This document shows, one piece after another, positions 51,311-61,153 of a stretch of 64,000 nt of DNA. This stretch comes from Candidatus Eiseniibacteriota bacterium (GTDB lineage Bacteria > Eisenbacteria > RBG-16-71-46), in contig CAVSAC010000019.1 in assembly GCA_963725865.1 (NCBI GenBank), positions 138,320-202,319 on the forward strand, read 5' to 3'. The position numbers and the translations under genes are program-made. Position 1 is the first letter of the stretch. Every line of letters starts with the position of its first letter. Under the pieces are notes generated by a model. That model ran no database searches. It saw only the letters and a list, made by a program, of their open reading frames with translations, and was not told the origin of the DNA.

Positions 51311-51814
51311 CTACAGCTTGTCGAGGCCGGCGGGCAGCGCCACCGTGATCACGCCGCCGGCGAGATCGACGCGCTTCACGACCTCCGGCGTCGCGGGGAT
51401 CAGCCACTCGCGCTCGCCCCGCACGACGTAGATCGGATTGGCGGCCGCGGTCATCAGCTCGACCAGCGTGCCGAGCGGTTGGCCGTCGGTGGTCTCGACG
51501 CGCAGGCCCACCAGCTGGAACGCGTACGCCACGCCGGGCCCGGGGTCGGGCAGGACCGCCTCGTCCGCCCACAGCTGGCCGTTGGTGAGCTCGGAGGCGG
51601 CCTCGCGCCGGTCGACGCCCTCGAAGCGCACCAGCAGGCGCTTCACCTGCGGGCGCGCGGTGAACAGGGTGAGCTCGCGCTGCTCGGCGCCGCGGCGCCA
51701 GGTGAAGCGTTTGATCTCGTGCAGCTCGAGCGGGGTCAGGTCGACGCCGTCGAGCCCCACCTCACCGTGCAGCCCGTGCGGGCGGCCGATGCGACCGATG
51801 CGGACGAGCGCCAG
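51311..51814 (-). CDS. rimM: Ribosome maturation factor RimM (start uncertain, possibly CTG)
   Basis: IGRIGRPHGLHGEV, FEGVDRREAA, QLVGLRV, LIPAT, VDLAGG.ITV..PAGL; located between khpA and trmD. Confidence 0.9.
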   Translation of the reverse strand: MALVRIGRIGRPHGLHGEVGLDGVDLTPLELHEIKRFTWRRGAEQRELTLFTARPQVKRLLVRFEGVDRREAASELTNGQLWADEAVLPDPGPGVAYAFQLVGLRVETTDGQPLGTLVELMTAAANPIYVVRGEREWLIPATPEVVKRVDLAGGVITVALPAGLDKL

Positions 51815-51833
51815 GGTGCGATGCTCCCCGCGC

Positions 51834-52142
51834 TCAGTCCGCGATCTCGAGCGCCGCGGCGCGATGCACCCGCGCCGCCGCCGCGCCGAGCGCCAGGCGC
51901 AGCGAGCGCGCGGTGCGCCCCTGCTTGCCGATGACGTGACCGAGATCGTCGGGGTGGACGGCCAGCTCGAACACGGCGTCGTCACCGGCCTCCACGATCT
52001 CGACCCGCACGTCGTCGGGCTGGTCCACCAGCCCCCGCGCCATGAACACGATCAGATCGCGCATCGCGAAGTCATGGTCGTCGGGCTCGCGCGGCTCGCG
52101 CGATTCGCGCGGCGCGCGGGGCGCCGGGGACTCGTGGGACAT
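51834..52142 (-). CDS. khpA: KH-domain RNA-binding protein (KhpA/YlqC type)
   Basis: LVDQPDDVRV, VHPDDLGHVIGKQGRTARSLR; canonical position upstream of rimM. Confidence 0.88.
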   Translation of the reverse strand: MSHESPAPRAPRESREPREPDDHDFAMRDLIVFMARGLVDQPDDVRVEIVEAGDDAVFELAVHPDDLGHVIGKQGRTARSLRLALGAAAARVHRAAALEIAD

Positions 52143-52144
52143 CC

Positions 52145-53167
52145 CTACGGGAGTCCCGGCTCCCGGGCCCGGGACGGCACGGACGATAGTCTCAGCCCCA
52201 GCCAGACGAGCAGGATCGTCCACAGGCCCCACAACAGGAGCGCCGGGGTTGGCCGGTTGACCAGGAGAATAGCGACTCCGCTTGCGCAGAGCGCGGCCCC
52301 ACTGACCCACAGGAGCAGGACGGTTCGGATCGGACATTTCAGGACTCTCGCGATGCGGTGGTTGCTGTGGTCCTTGCCGCCTTCGTACACCTTGCGCCCT
52401 TCGCGCACGCGGTTGACCACGACGAAAATCAGGTCGAATGCCGGGTAGGCCAGCACGAGTGGCGGCCCGAGCCTGCCCCAGCCCGCCGGTGCCGCCCCGA
52501 GGGCCAGCACCGCGGAAGCGCCGAGACTATACCCCAGGAACAGGCTTCCTGCGTCACCCAGGAAGATGCGCGCCTTCGGGAAGTTCCAGGGCAGGAACCC
52601 CGCGCAAGCGCCGGCCAGCGCGAACTGCGCCGTCGCGATGCCGAGCGCGCCGCGCGCGGCGGACGTCCAGGCGAAGCCGGCCAGCGCGATGGCGGCGAGT
52701 CCGCCGACCATGCCGTTCATGTTGTCGAGGAAGTTGACCGCGTTCATGAGCGCCGCCATCGCCAGCAGCAGCAGCAGCGCGGTGAGCGGAGCCGGCAGGC
52801 CGAGATCCGGCATCGCGCCCGAGCCCAGCAACAAACCGCCGGCGAGCAGCTGGCCAAGCAGCTTGACCGATGGACGCATGCCGAAACGATCGTCGACGAG
52901 GCCGAGCACCAGCGCGACCAGCGCCCCGCACAGCACCAGCAGGCCTTGCCGGTCGAACGGCACGCGCAGGGCACGCACCATGACCCACCAGGCCGCCAGC
53001 GCCGAGATGGACACCGCGACGCCGCCGAGCAGTGCGGTGGCGGAGGTGTGGAGCTTGCGGGCCTCGGGATGGTCGAGGTAGTCGGTCGCCCACGCGAGCC
53101 GCTGTGCGGCGGGAGTGAGGACGAGCGCGAAGACGAGCCCGAGCGGAAGGCCGACTGCGGGCGACAT
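52145..53167 (-). CDS. WecA/TagO-like undecaprenyl-phosphate HexNAc-1-phosphate transferase
   Basis: DHPEARKLH, GLVDD, NAVNFLDNMNG, FLPWNFPKARIFLGDAGS, DHSNHR. Confidence 0.92.
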   Translation of the reverse strand: MSPAVGLPLGLVFALVLTPAAQRLAWATDYLDHPEARKLHTSATALLGGVAVSISALAAWWVMVRALRVPFDRQGLLVLCGALVALVLGLVDDRFGMRPSVKLLGQLLAGGLLLGSGAMPDLGLPAPLTALLLLLAMAALMNAVNFLDNMNGMVGGLAAIALAGFAWTSAARGALGIATAQFALAGACAGFLPWNFPKARIFLGDAGSLFLGYSLGASAVLALGAAPAGWGRLGPPLVLAYPAFDLIFVVVNRVREGRKVYEGGKDHSNHRIARVLKCPIRTVLLLWVSGAALCASGVAILLVNRPTPALLLWGLWTILLVWLGLRLSSVPSRAREPGLP

Positions 53168-53200
53168 GTCGGGTGGAGGTCGGGGTGGGTGAGCGCCGCG

Positions 53201-54199
53201 TCAGACGGCGGCGGCCCCCGCCGGTGTGGGCACTCCCATCTGCTCGCACATGTCGCGCACCGTCAACTCGAGGAGCTGATCGAGAGTCACCTTGGGACGG
53301 TAGCCGGTGAAGGAGTGGATCTTCTTCAGCGACGGCACCCGCCGCATCATGTCCTCGAACGAGCTTCCGTAGACCTTCTCGTACGGCACGAACTCGATCG
53401 ACGAGCGGCTGTGGCACAGGCGCTGGATGCGCTGGGCCAGCTCGAGCACGGTCACCTCTTCGTCGGTGCCGACGTTGAAGATCTCGCCCTCGGCCTGCTT
53501 GGCGTCCATCAGCGCGATCACGCCGCTCACGACATCAGCGACCGAGGAGAAGCAGCGCGACTGGGCACCGTCGCCGAACACGAGGATGGGCTCGTGCCGC
53601 AGCGCGCGCGAGATCATGTTGGGGATGACCATGCCGTATGCCGCGCTCTGGCGCGGCCCGCAGGTGTTGAAGCAGCGCACGACGATCACGGGGAGCTGGC
53701 GCTGCTGGTAGTAGGCCTGCGCCAAGGACTCGTCCACCGCCTTGCCGCTGGCGTAGGACCAGCGCAGCTTGTGCGTGGGGCCGAGCAGGCGGTCGTCGTC
53801 TTCGTGAAACGGGACGTTCACGCCTTTCCCGTACACCTCGCTGCTGGAGAACAACATCACCTTGCGGCGGTGCTCGTCGCAGGCCTCGAGCACCACCTCG
53901 CTGCCGCGGATGTTCGTGATCAGCGAGCGCAGCGGGTTCTCGAGGACGTACTTGACGCCGACGGCCGCGGCCAGGTGGTAGGTCTGGTCGCACTGCTTCA
54001 CCAGCCCGAACACCAGCGTGGGGTCGGTGACGCTGCCTTCGATGAATCGGAACCGGGGGTGGCGCCCGAACGAAGCCAGATTCTCGAGTCGTCCGGTGGA
54101 GAGGTCGTCCAGGGCCCAGACTTCATGTCCTCGGCCGAGGAGTGCTTCAGAGAGATGTGAACCGATGAAACCCGCACCTCCTGTGACCAGGATCCTCAT
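53201..54199 (-). CDS. NAD-dependent nucleotide-sugar epimerase/dehydratase
   Basis: LVTGGAGFIGSHL, HLAAAVGV, SSSEVYGK, YASGK, FNTCGPRQ, FGDGAQSRCF. Confidence 0.93.
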   Translation of the reverse strand: MRILVTGGAGFIGSHLSEALLGRGHEVWALDDLSTGRLENLASFGRHPRFRFIEGSVTDPTLVFGLVKQCDQTYHLAAAVGVKYVLENPLRSLITNIRGSEVVLEACDEHRRKVMLFSSSEVYGKGVNVPFHEDDDRLLGPTHKLRWSYASGKAVDESLAQAYYQQRQLPVIVVRCFNTCGPRQSAAYGMVIPNMISRALRHEPILVFGDGAQSRCFSSVADVVSGVIALMDAKQAEGEIFNVGTDEEVTVLELAQRIQRLCHSRSSIEFVPYEKVYGSSFEDMMRRVPSLKKIHSFTGYRPKVTLDQLLELTVRDMCEQMGVPTPAGAAAV

Positions 54200-54305
54200 T
54201 CGCGTCCCTCAACGATCGGATATGGCGCGGGGCATCCATGCACACCCATTCCCGCGCGGCCTGTAAGGGGCCGGCCCCGGTCCGGGGCGGTCAGACTCGC
54301 GGGTC

Positions 54306-54334
54306 AAGGTATCGGTGGGTTCCTTCCAAGTCAA
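54306..54334 (-). promoter_or_regulatory. Putative sigma70 promoter heading the epimerase-wecA-khpA-rimM-trmD-ligase-GT unit
   Basis: TTGACT-N17-TACCTT with an AT-richer upstream stretch, in the 340-bp intergenic gap. Confidence 0.6.
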
Positions 54335-54539
54335 CGCATTATTCGTAGAAGCCGATGGACGGGAATCGGTTGCGAAGACGGCGCTTCGCGCAGGCGCGTC
54401 CGAAGTCATCGAACTTCCGCTCCAGCATGCCTGACCTTCCATACCCCGCCGATCCGCTCAGGGTTTCGATGGAACGGCGCCGCAGCGGACTCCGGGCATC
54501 CTGCCCGAAGGGCGCGCGCCGCGGCGCGGGCGCGCGGGG

Positions 54540-55115
54540 TCACTCCAGATCGGGCGCCAGTGCCCGGTACAGGTCGAGCAGGCGCGCGACGCTCCGCGGA
54601 CCCGCGTCGCGCAGATCCTCCCCCACCGTGCGCAACGGCGCGTCGGCGGCCTTCGGGAACGCCGCCAGCACGGCCGCCCGCTCGGCGACTCCCGCGCACA
54701 CCAGGAACTCGGCCGCCAGCGCGTCGCGCACCAGCCGCCGATACAGTGATGGTTTCACCGGGCAGTCGGCCTCCGGGTCGGCGAGCGGGCGCACGTCCAG
54801 CACGGTGACGATCGCGGGGCACCCGGCATCCCAGGGGCGGATGACGAACGGCGAGTGGAACAGCGCCGCGCGGCGGCGGTCGAGCAGCCGGCCGAGCGCC
54901 CGCTGCGCCAGTCCCACCTGGGGCTCGCGCCAGACCTGCGCGCTGCCGGGCGGCAGGAACGACAGGTCCTGATCCGGCTCGCGCGGCACCAGGAAGCGCC
55001 AGCGCCACGCCGGACGGGCCGCGAGCAGGGCGCGCGCGAGCGCCACGCCATGAGTGCCCGCCGCCGGAAAGCGCGCGGTGGCGTAGCGCAGGTCGACGAT
55101 GAGCGGGCCGCTCAT
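54540..55115 (-). CDS. Short GT4-like protein with only the N-terminal GT-B domain (191 aa)
   Basis: LIVDLRY...GTHG..LARAL, LFHSP, IVTVLDV; ends in the GT-B terminal helix ARLLDLYRAL; no EX7E domain. Confidence 0.65.
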   Translation of the reverse strand: MSGPLIVDLRYATARFPAAGTHGVALARALLAARPAWRWRFLVPREPDQDLSFLPPGSAQVWREPQVGLAQRALGRLLDRRRAALFHSPFVIRPWDAGCPAIVTVLDVRPLADPEADCPVKPSLYRRLVRDALAAEFLVCAGVAERAAVLAAFPKAADAPLRTVGEDLRDAGPRSVARLLDLYRALAPDLE

Positions 55116-56273
55116 GCGGGCCGCGCGCGCGGCGCACCGCGCCGGGCCCGCGCGGCGAGCGCCTCCTCGTACACCGCCTGGATGCCGTGCATCATCGACG
55201 TCGATCGAGAACAGCACGGGCGCGCGCTCCGCGCGCGCTCGCCGAGGCGTCGCCGCAGCCTCGGGTTCGCGCAGCAGCCGGGTCAGGGCCTCCGCCAGCG
55301 CGTGCGGATCCCCGGGCGCGACCGACCAGGCCGGTCTCCCGGTCGCGATTGACGAACGATGGTGCCAGTGCCCACCTCGGTGCAGACCATCGGGATCCCG
55401 TGCGCCATGATCTCGACCATCGAGAGTCCGTAAGATCTCGTGGGAGGCGATCGACGGCAGCACCCCGACGTCGCGAGCGCGATGTAGTCCTTCACCTGCT
55501 CGGGTCGGCACGCGGCCCGTGAACGTCACGCGATCGTCGAGCCCCAGCGCGGTGCTGCGCTGCGCAGAGCGCTCGAGCTCGGGGCCGTCGCCGACGATCA
55601 CGAACCGCGCCGCGACCGCGGGGATCGCGTCCAGCAGCACGTCGAGACCTTTCGAGCCGACCACGCGGCCGACGAACAGCACCAGCGGGCGTCGCCGTAG
55701 CCGCACGCGCAGGGCCGCGGCGGACTGCGGGTCGGGTGCCGCCACGGCGAAGCGCTCGAGATCGATCCCCAGCGGTACCACGCGGCATCTTGTCGGGTAG
55801 TGGCGCAGGAACGGCGAGCGGGCCGCCTGCCCCTCGAACGTCGGCATCACGAGATCGGTCGCGCGCAGTAGCGCGTGGATGCAATTGCCGTAGATCGGCA
55901 ACACCGCCTTCTGCCGGACGATGTCACCATGCCACGTCATCACCATGGCACCGCGCGGGCGGGTCAGCAGCCAGCTCACCTCCCCGGGCGGGCTTGGAAA
56001 ATGAAGGTGGTAGAGATCCGCCTCGAGCTTCGCGAGCTGTCCCGCCATGCCCAGGCAAAACGGCGTCGACCACACACGCGCCGACTCGGCGCAGCGGATC
56101 ACGCGCACGCCGTCGACGATCTCGTCGTTGGTTGTCCACGAGCGCGGATGTGAGGTCACCACGGTCACCTCGGCGCCGCGGCGCGCCATCCAGGTCGCGA
56201 GGCGCTCGACGGTCTGCTCGATCCCGCCCACCGTGGGCGGGTAGTAGTCCTTGTAGAGATGGACGATCCTCAC
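55112..56273 (-). CDS. GT4 glycosyltransferase, multiply frameshifted in about 55150-55500
   Basis: RIVHLYKDYYPPTVGGIE, HLHFPSP, WHGDIVRQ, LFVGR, IVGDGP; YGLSMVEIMAHGIPMVCT lies in another frame. Confidence 0.8.
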
Positions 56274-56355
56274 CGCGCGACCCCGCCATCCGCGGCGCGC
56301 GCGGACCGATCGCGGCGCGGGCCACGCGGCGCGGCGCGGCGTGCGTCGTCGCGCA

Positions 56356-57282
56356 TCAGCGCCTCCGCGCCAGCGCGGCGACCACGTCCCCCGCGCCAAG
56401 CCAGCCTCCGAGGCGGCTCAGCTCGAGCATCGCCCGCTCCGGCGCGCTCACGCGCAACCCCTCGGTGAGCGGGAACCAGGTCGGGTCCCCGATCGCGGGC
56501 ACCCACGACTCGAGCACCTCGAATCCGCTGTCCGTCAACACGCGCGCGAGACTGGTCGCGGTGAATGCGAACAGGTGCAGCGGCGGCCCGAGCGTCCCGT
56601 AGCGCTTGCGCAGGTTCTTCCCCGTGAGCCGGCGCACCAGCCCCGCGGCCAGGTCCTCGCCCAGCGCGCTCCGTACGCCGATCTCGATCCGCGACCGGAG
56701 CCCGCGCGCGTTGTCGGTGTCCACCAGGATCACGCCCCCGGGACGCAGCATCGTCGCGAGCCGGCGCAGCGCCGCGCCGGGATCGGGCAGGTGCTCGATG
56801 ACGTGCCCGAGCTTGACGAAGTCGAGCGAGCCCGGCGGGCACTCGAAGTCCTCGATCCGTGCGGTCGTGACGTCGAAGCCCCACTCGCGGCGCGCCTTCT
56901 CCGCCGAGTAGGCCGACGCCTCGACCAGCTGCAGTGTCCAGCCGCGCTCGGCGATCACCTTCACCGCCGCGCTCGTCGCACCGACATTGAGCGCCACCCC
57001 CGGCGCCACGTGGCGCTCGACCAGCTCCATCTGGCGGGCCGTCCCGCGGCGCAGCGCCGCCAACGAGGAATCGGTGCCGCCCATGGCGCTCTGGTCGTCG
57101 ATGTACTCGGAACCGTAGACGTCCTGGATCGTCTCGAGCGAGAACACGGGCATCGGCGAGCAGAACACCACGCCGCACGCGCGGCAGCTCATCGCCTCGT
57201 AGGTCGCGTCGCCGTGATCGGGATGCAGGGTCGCCCGCGCGCGGACGTCGGCGCTGCGGCAGATGGGGCACGTCGCGTTCAT
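56356..57282 (-). CDS. Class I SAM-dependent methyltransferase with N-terminal Cys pairs
   Basis: CPIC...CRACG, ALNVGA, GHVIEHLPDP, LRPGGVI, HLFAFT; ATGA overlap. Confidence 0.85.
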   Translation of the reverse strand: MNATCPICRSADVRARATLHPDHGDATYEAMSCRACGVVFCSPMPVFSLETIQDVYGSEYIDDQSAMGGTDSSLAALRRGTARQMELVERHVAPGVALNVGATSAAVKVIAERGWTLQLVEASAYSAEKARREWGFDVTTARIEDFECPPGSLDFVKLGHVIEHLPDPGAALRRLATMLRPGGVILVDTDNARGLRSRIEIGVRSALGEDLAAGLVRRLTGKNLRKRYGTLGPPLHLFAFTATSLARVLTDSGFEVLESWVPAIGDPTWFPLTEGLRVSAPERAMLELSRLGGWLGAGDVVAALARRR

Positions 57283-58493
57283 CGTCTCCGCTCCGCGTGC
57301 GACGCTGCGGCCTCGGCGCAGAGTTGAAGTGTCCGCGCCGTGACCGCGGCCAGGGAGTGGCGGGCGCGCACCCACGCGCTGCCGGCGTCCGCCATCGCCT
57401 GCGCGCGATCCGGATCCCGCAGCGATTCGACCACGGCGTCACCGAGTGACTCCGGCGTCTCGGCGAACGCCGCGTGCACGCCCTCCTTCAGCTCCAGGCC
57501 CTCGGCGCCGATCGAGGTCGTGACGACCGGGACCCCCGCAGCGAGCGCTTCGACGATCTTCACGCGAATGCCTGAACCCATCCACAGCGGCACGACGAGG
57601 ACCGCCGCACGTGCGAACTCGACCGCCATGTCGTCGACGTAGCCGATGACCTCTGCTCCCGCCTGGCGCGCGCGCTTGGCGAAGTCGGCCGGAATGTTCT
57701 TGCCGACCAGGCGCAGCCTCGCCTCCGGCATTCGTTCGCGCACCCGCGGCCAACCTCGTACGAGGAAATCACGTCCACCGTCGGCGTTGGGCGCCCATTC
57801 CCACGAGGCGATGAGTGCCACGATAGGCGGCCGCTCGGGTGCATGCGGAAGATAGCGGTCCATGTCGAGGGCGATCGGCAGCGTCTCCACCCGAGTCGCG
57901 GGCGCGAGCGTCCGAAGCACCTCGGCCTCGCCTTCGCGGATCGCGAGCACGAGGTCGCAGCGCGCGCACCGCTCCGCCTCCGTGCGCCGCATGCGACGGA
58001 CCTGGTCCCGCACGTAGAGGCGCGCCACGGGATTGGTCAGACGCCCAGCGAAGCGCTCAAGCCACAGGTGCTCCAAGTTCTGGGTCCGCAGGACGACCGG
58101 CACGTCTCCCAGCGCATCGAGGTAGGTGGTCAGATGGAGCGAGTTGACCAGGACCAGCTCGCGGGGTCGCTCCGCGACCAGCCGACGCACGGTGGCATCG
58201 AACGCGGGATTGCGGTAGCGCGCGAGCATGTAGGGCCAGCGGCCGAACGCCCCGCGCACCAGCGCGAGAGCCATAGGCGGCGGGCGATGGGCGACACGCA
58301 CGACTTCGACTCCGAGCTTCGCGAACGCCTCGGGCACCGGAGTCGCCAATGCCGACGGAGGAACCATCGCGACCAGCGTGGTGTCGAACTCCTGCGCGAT
58401 CGACCAAAGGGTCTGCCACGTCGCGAGGTGGCCGCCATCATCGAGCGGCCACGGCAGGCGGCTCGCGAGCACCAATGCCGACGGCCCGCTCAC
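57279..58493 (-). CDS. GT4 glycosyltransferase
   Basis: SRLPWPLDDGG, QNLEH, PNADG, VVPLWMGSGIRVKIVEALAAGVPVVTTSIGAEGL. Confidence 0.9.
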   Translation of the reverse strand: MSGPSALVLASRLPWPLDDGGHLATWQTLWSIAQEFDTTLVAMVPPSALATPVPEAFAKLGVEVVRVAHRPPPMALALVRGAFGRWPYMLARYRNPAFDATVRRLVAERPRELVLVNSLHLTTYLDALGDVPVVLRTQNLEHLWLERFAGRLTNPVARLYVRDQVRRMRRTEAERCARCDLVLAIREGEAEVLRTLAPATRVETLPIALDMDRYLPHAPERPPIVALIASWEWAPNADGGRDFLVRGWPRVRERMPEARLRLVGKNIPADFAKRARQAGAEVIGYVDDMAVEFARAAVLVVPLWMGSGIRVKIVEALAAGVPVVTTSIGAEGLELKEGVHAAFAETPESLGDAVVESLRDPDRAQAMADAGSAWVRARHSLAAVTARTLQLCAEAAASHAERRR

Positions 58494-58545
58494 GCCGTGG
58501 GGCCCCGATCTGGCGTCGGCGAGGTCGGACGCCGCGAGGGCGGAC

Positions 58546-59993
58546 TCACGTGCCAACCTGGGATCCACCCGACGATTCGCGACTCGACGCCAGGCTCGGA
58601 GCGCGCCAGAACACTCGCCAGTGGCTCGGTTGCGAGAGTGACAAGGTGATGCCCCAGACCAGTGCAAGGATGTAGCTCTGCGTCACCATGAAGAAGAAAT
58701 AGTTCGTCAGTCCCACCACGGCCGCGAATACGGTGCAAGCGGCGCTCGCAGCCCCCCACCCCGCGATAACCGGATCACGATGCACCGTCCCGCGAACGCC
58801 TGCCTTGGTCGCAGCGTACAGAAGCCAGAGCAGCGCCACGGGTCCGAGGATTCCCTGCTTGAGCATGATCATCACGTAGGTCTGGTGCACCCACCATTGC
58901 GGACCTGTCATGGGATGGAACACATGGCGCACGATCAGGGTCGAGCCATGACCGTATCCGAGTAATGGCGACGCGAGGATCAGCCGGAACGCCGTGCGCA
59001 ATTCAACCAGCCGAACGATGTTCGAGAAGGTCTCGGGGGTGCTCTTGGTCTGGAAGCTCGAGGTGAATCGGTTTCCGACCAGTTGGACGACGTCCGACCA
59101 GCCCACCAGCGCCGAGGCGATGAGCGCCACCGGCAGCATGATGAGCCCGATCAACGCGAACATTCGAAGGACTTTGGCCCACCGCTGACGCACGCCCTGT
59201 CCTCGCCTTCCATACAGGATGCACACGAGCGGGATGCTCACGAGCAGGCCGAGCCAGAATCCGCGCGTGAAGGTGACGACCTGATGGCAGATCAACACAC
59301 AGAAGATCAGCGTCGGCACGAAGCGCGGACGAGGTGAGGGCTCGAAGAGCGCGAGCGCCATGACGATCAATGCGACGAATCCGGGCACCGGCGAAAACGG
59401 CAGCCCCTGAGTCCGCGTGCCGTATACGGCGAAGTAGTGGAATCCGATGCTCGCGGAGGCCGAGTCCGACCGCGATCAGCCACCACTTCGCGATCTGCAG
59501 CTCGATGCCGCGATCCGTATGCCGCCGATCGCGATTGCGAACAGCAGCGTGGACAGCGGAAACAGCTCGACGGCCAGGTACTGGAATGGATTGTGCACGA
59601 CCAGCCCGTGCAGGGCGCCGACCGCGCTGGTGACGGTCAGCGCCACGAGCGAGTACGTGAGCGGGGACGCGGGCAGCGCCCAGCGGCGGCGAGATGATCG
59701 CGGTGACGAACGAGGCGGTCGCGTAGATCGTGAGGAGCAGGATGATCGCCAGGTCGCGCTGGATGTTGGGGTGGCCGTACTCGGCGAACGCGGACGCTCC
59801 CGTGACGAGCAGGAACGAGACGAACAGGTCCAGCGGGCGCGAGATCACCACCAGGCCGAGCGCGGCCACCGCGGCCCCCACCCACCAGTTGGTGAGGTAG
59901 CCGGCGGTCAGGCCGACCAGCACCGCGCCGGCGATCGAAAGCCAGCGCGCCGGTGGCTGCACGGTCGCCGTGGCCGCGTACCGGGACGCTCAT
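58546..59993 (-). CDS. Wzy/O-antigen-ligase-like polymerase, multiply frameshifted
   Basis: Hydrophobic segments spread over several frames; TFTRGFWLG, RLVEL, SPLLGYGHG, VHQTY in the 58546-59388 frame. Confidence 0.72.
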
Positions 59994-60053
59994 GGAAGAC
60001 GTCCCGCGCGCGTGCGCGCTGCTGGCCGCGGAGGCCCGATCGGACTCGGCGCA

Positions 60054-61123
60054 TCAGATCCTCGCGGGATCCTCGTCGGAACGCATGGCGCCGTCGTCCC
60101 GCACCGCCGCGACGACGACGCCCGCCGTGAGGCTGAACAGGAAGGCGATCGCCATCATTTGGCAGCCGCCGCGGCCGCGCCTTACGCTCCGGCGGGGTGG
60201 CGACGTCGAGCTGCTCGACGGTCGCGACGTCGCGGGTCTCGGTGATGCGCGCGTCCTCGTATTGCGCCGTCAGCAGGATGTAGAGCTGCTCAAGGTCTGG
60301 ACGTCGCGGACCAGTCGCGCCAGCTCCATGCCGGTGTCGGCAGCGCGGCGAGCTGGCGGTCGAGCTGGGCCAGCTCCGAGATGATCTGACGCTCCTCGTC
60401 GCTGGTCTCGCGACTGTAGCTGCGGATCACGCCGAGCCGCACCTCGAGCGCCGCGCGACTGGCGTAGTGGCGCGCCGCCGCGTCCATCGCGGTGGAGGCC
60501 TCGGGCGACAGCGCCACCGCCTTGTGCTTGGCCTCGTAGACCGCCAGCCGCTGTTCCGCGAGTTCCAGCTCGCGCCGGGTCGAATCCAGCCGTGCGCCCA
60601 CGAACAGCCGCACGCGTCGTCCGCGGGTCATGCGCGACTCGCGGTTGAAGCGATCGAGCACCTGGAAGTAGGTGTTCGCCATGTCGGCGGCCCGCCGCGG
60701 ATCGTGGTCCTCCACGCTGATCACGATGAGCCCGACGTCATCCACCCCGAACCGGGCGTGCTGCTTGAGCTCCTTGATCGTGTCCACCATGTGCTTCTTG
60801 CCGTAGAGGCGCTGGAGGTCGAAGCGGCGGACCATCTCCTCGTTGACGCGACGGCTCTCGAGGATCGCCTTGAAGACCTCGGCGGGAGTCGCCTGCGTGG
60901 GCACCTTCACGCCCGGCACGCCGATGCCCTTGAGCAGGTTGCCGAGCCCGAAGCTGATGTCCTCGCCCGGTGGCATCAGAGAGGCGTCGGCCCGGTACCA
61001 GGGCGGCAGAAGGAACGCCACGGCGGAGGTGACGAGCGTCACGCCCACCACCAGCGCGAGGATCGCCCTGCGACGCGCCCACACCCGATCCCACAGCCGA
61101 CCCAGCTCGATCGTGTAGTCCAT
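60054..61123 (-). CDS. Wzz/GumC-like polysaccharide co-polymerase, frameshifted near 60160-60340
   Basis: N-terminal TM + PPWYRADASLMPP, ILESR, DPRRAADMAN, coiled coil; YILLTAQYEDARITE..LDVATPPERKARPRR and a second TM continue in other frames. Confidence 0.82.
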
Positions 61124-61153
61124 GTCACACCTTTCGGGGCTGCGGCGGCGCCA

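Noticed and set aside
54540..56399. 619-aa apparent double glycosyltransferase fusion
   Set aside because: The middle part is out of frame (the EX7E-like region lies in another frame); better explained as two genes joined by indels.
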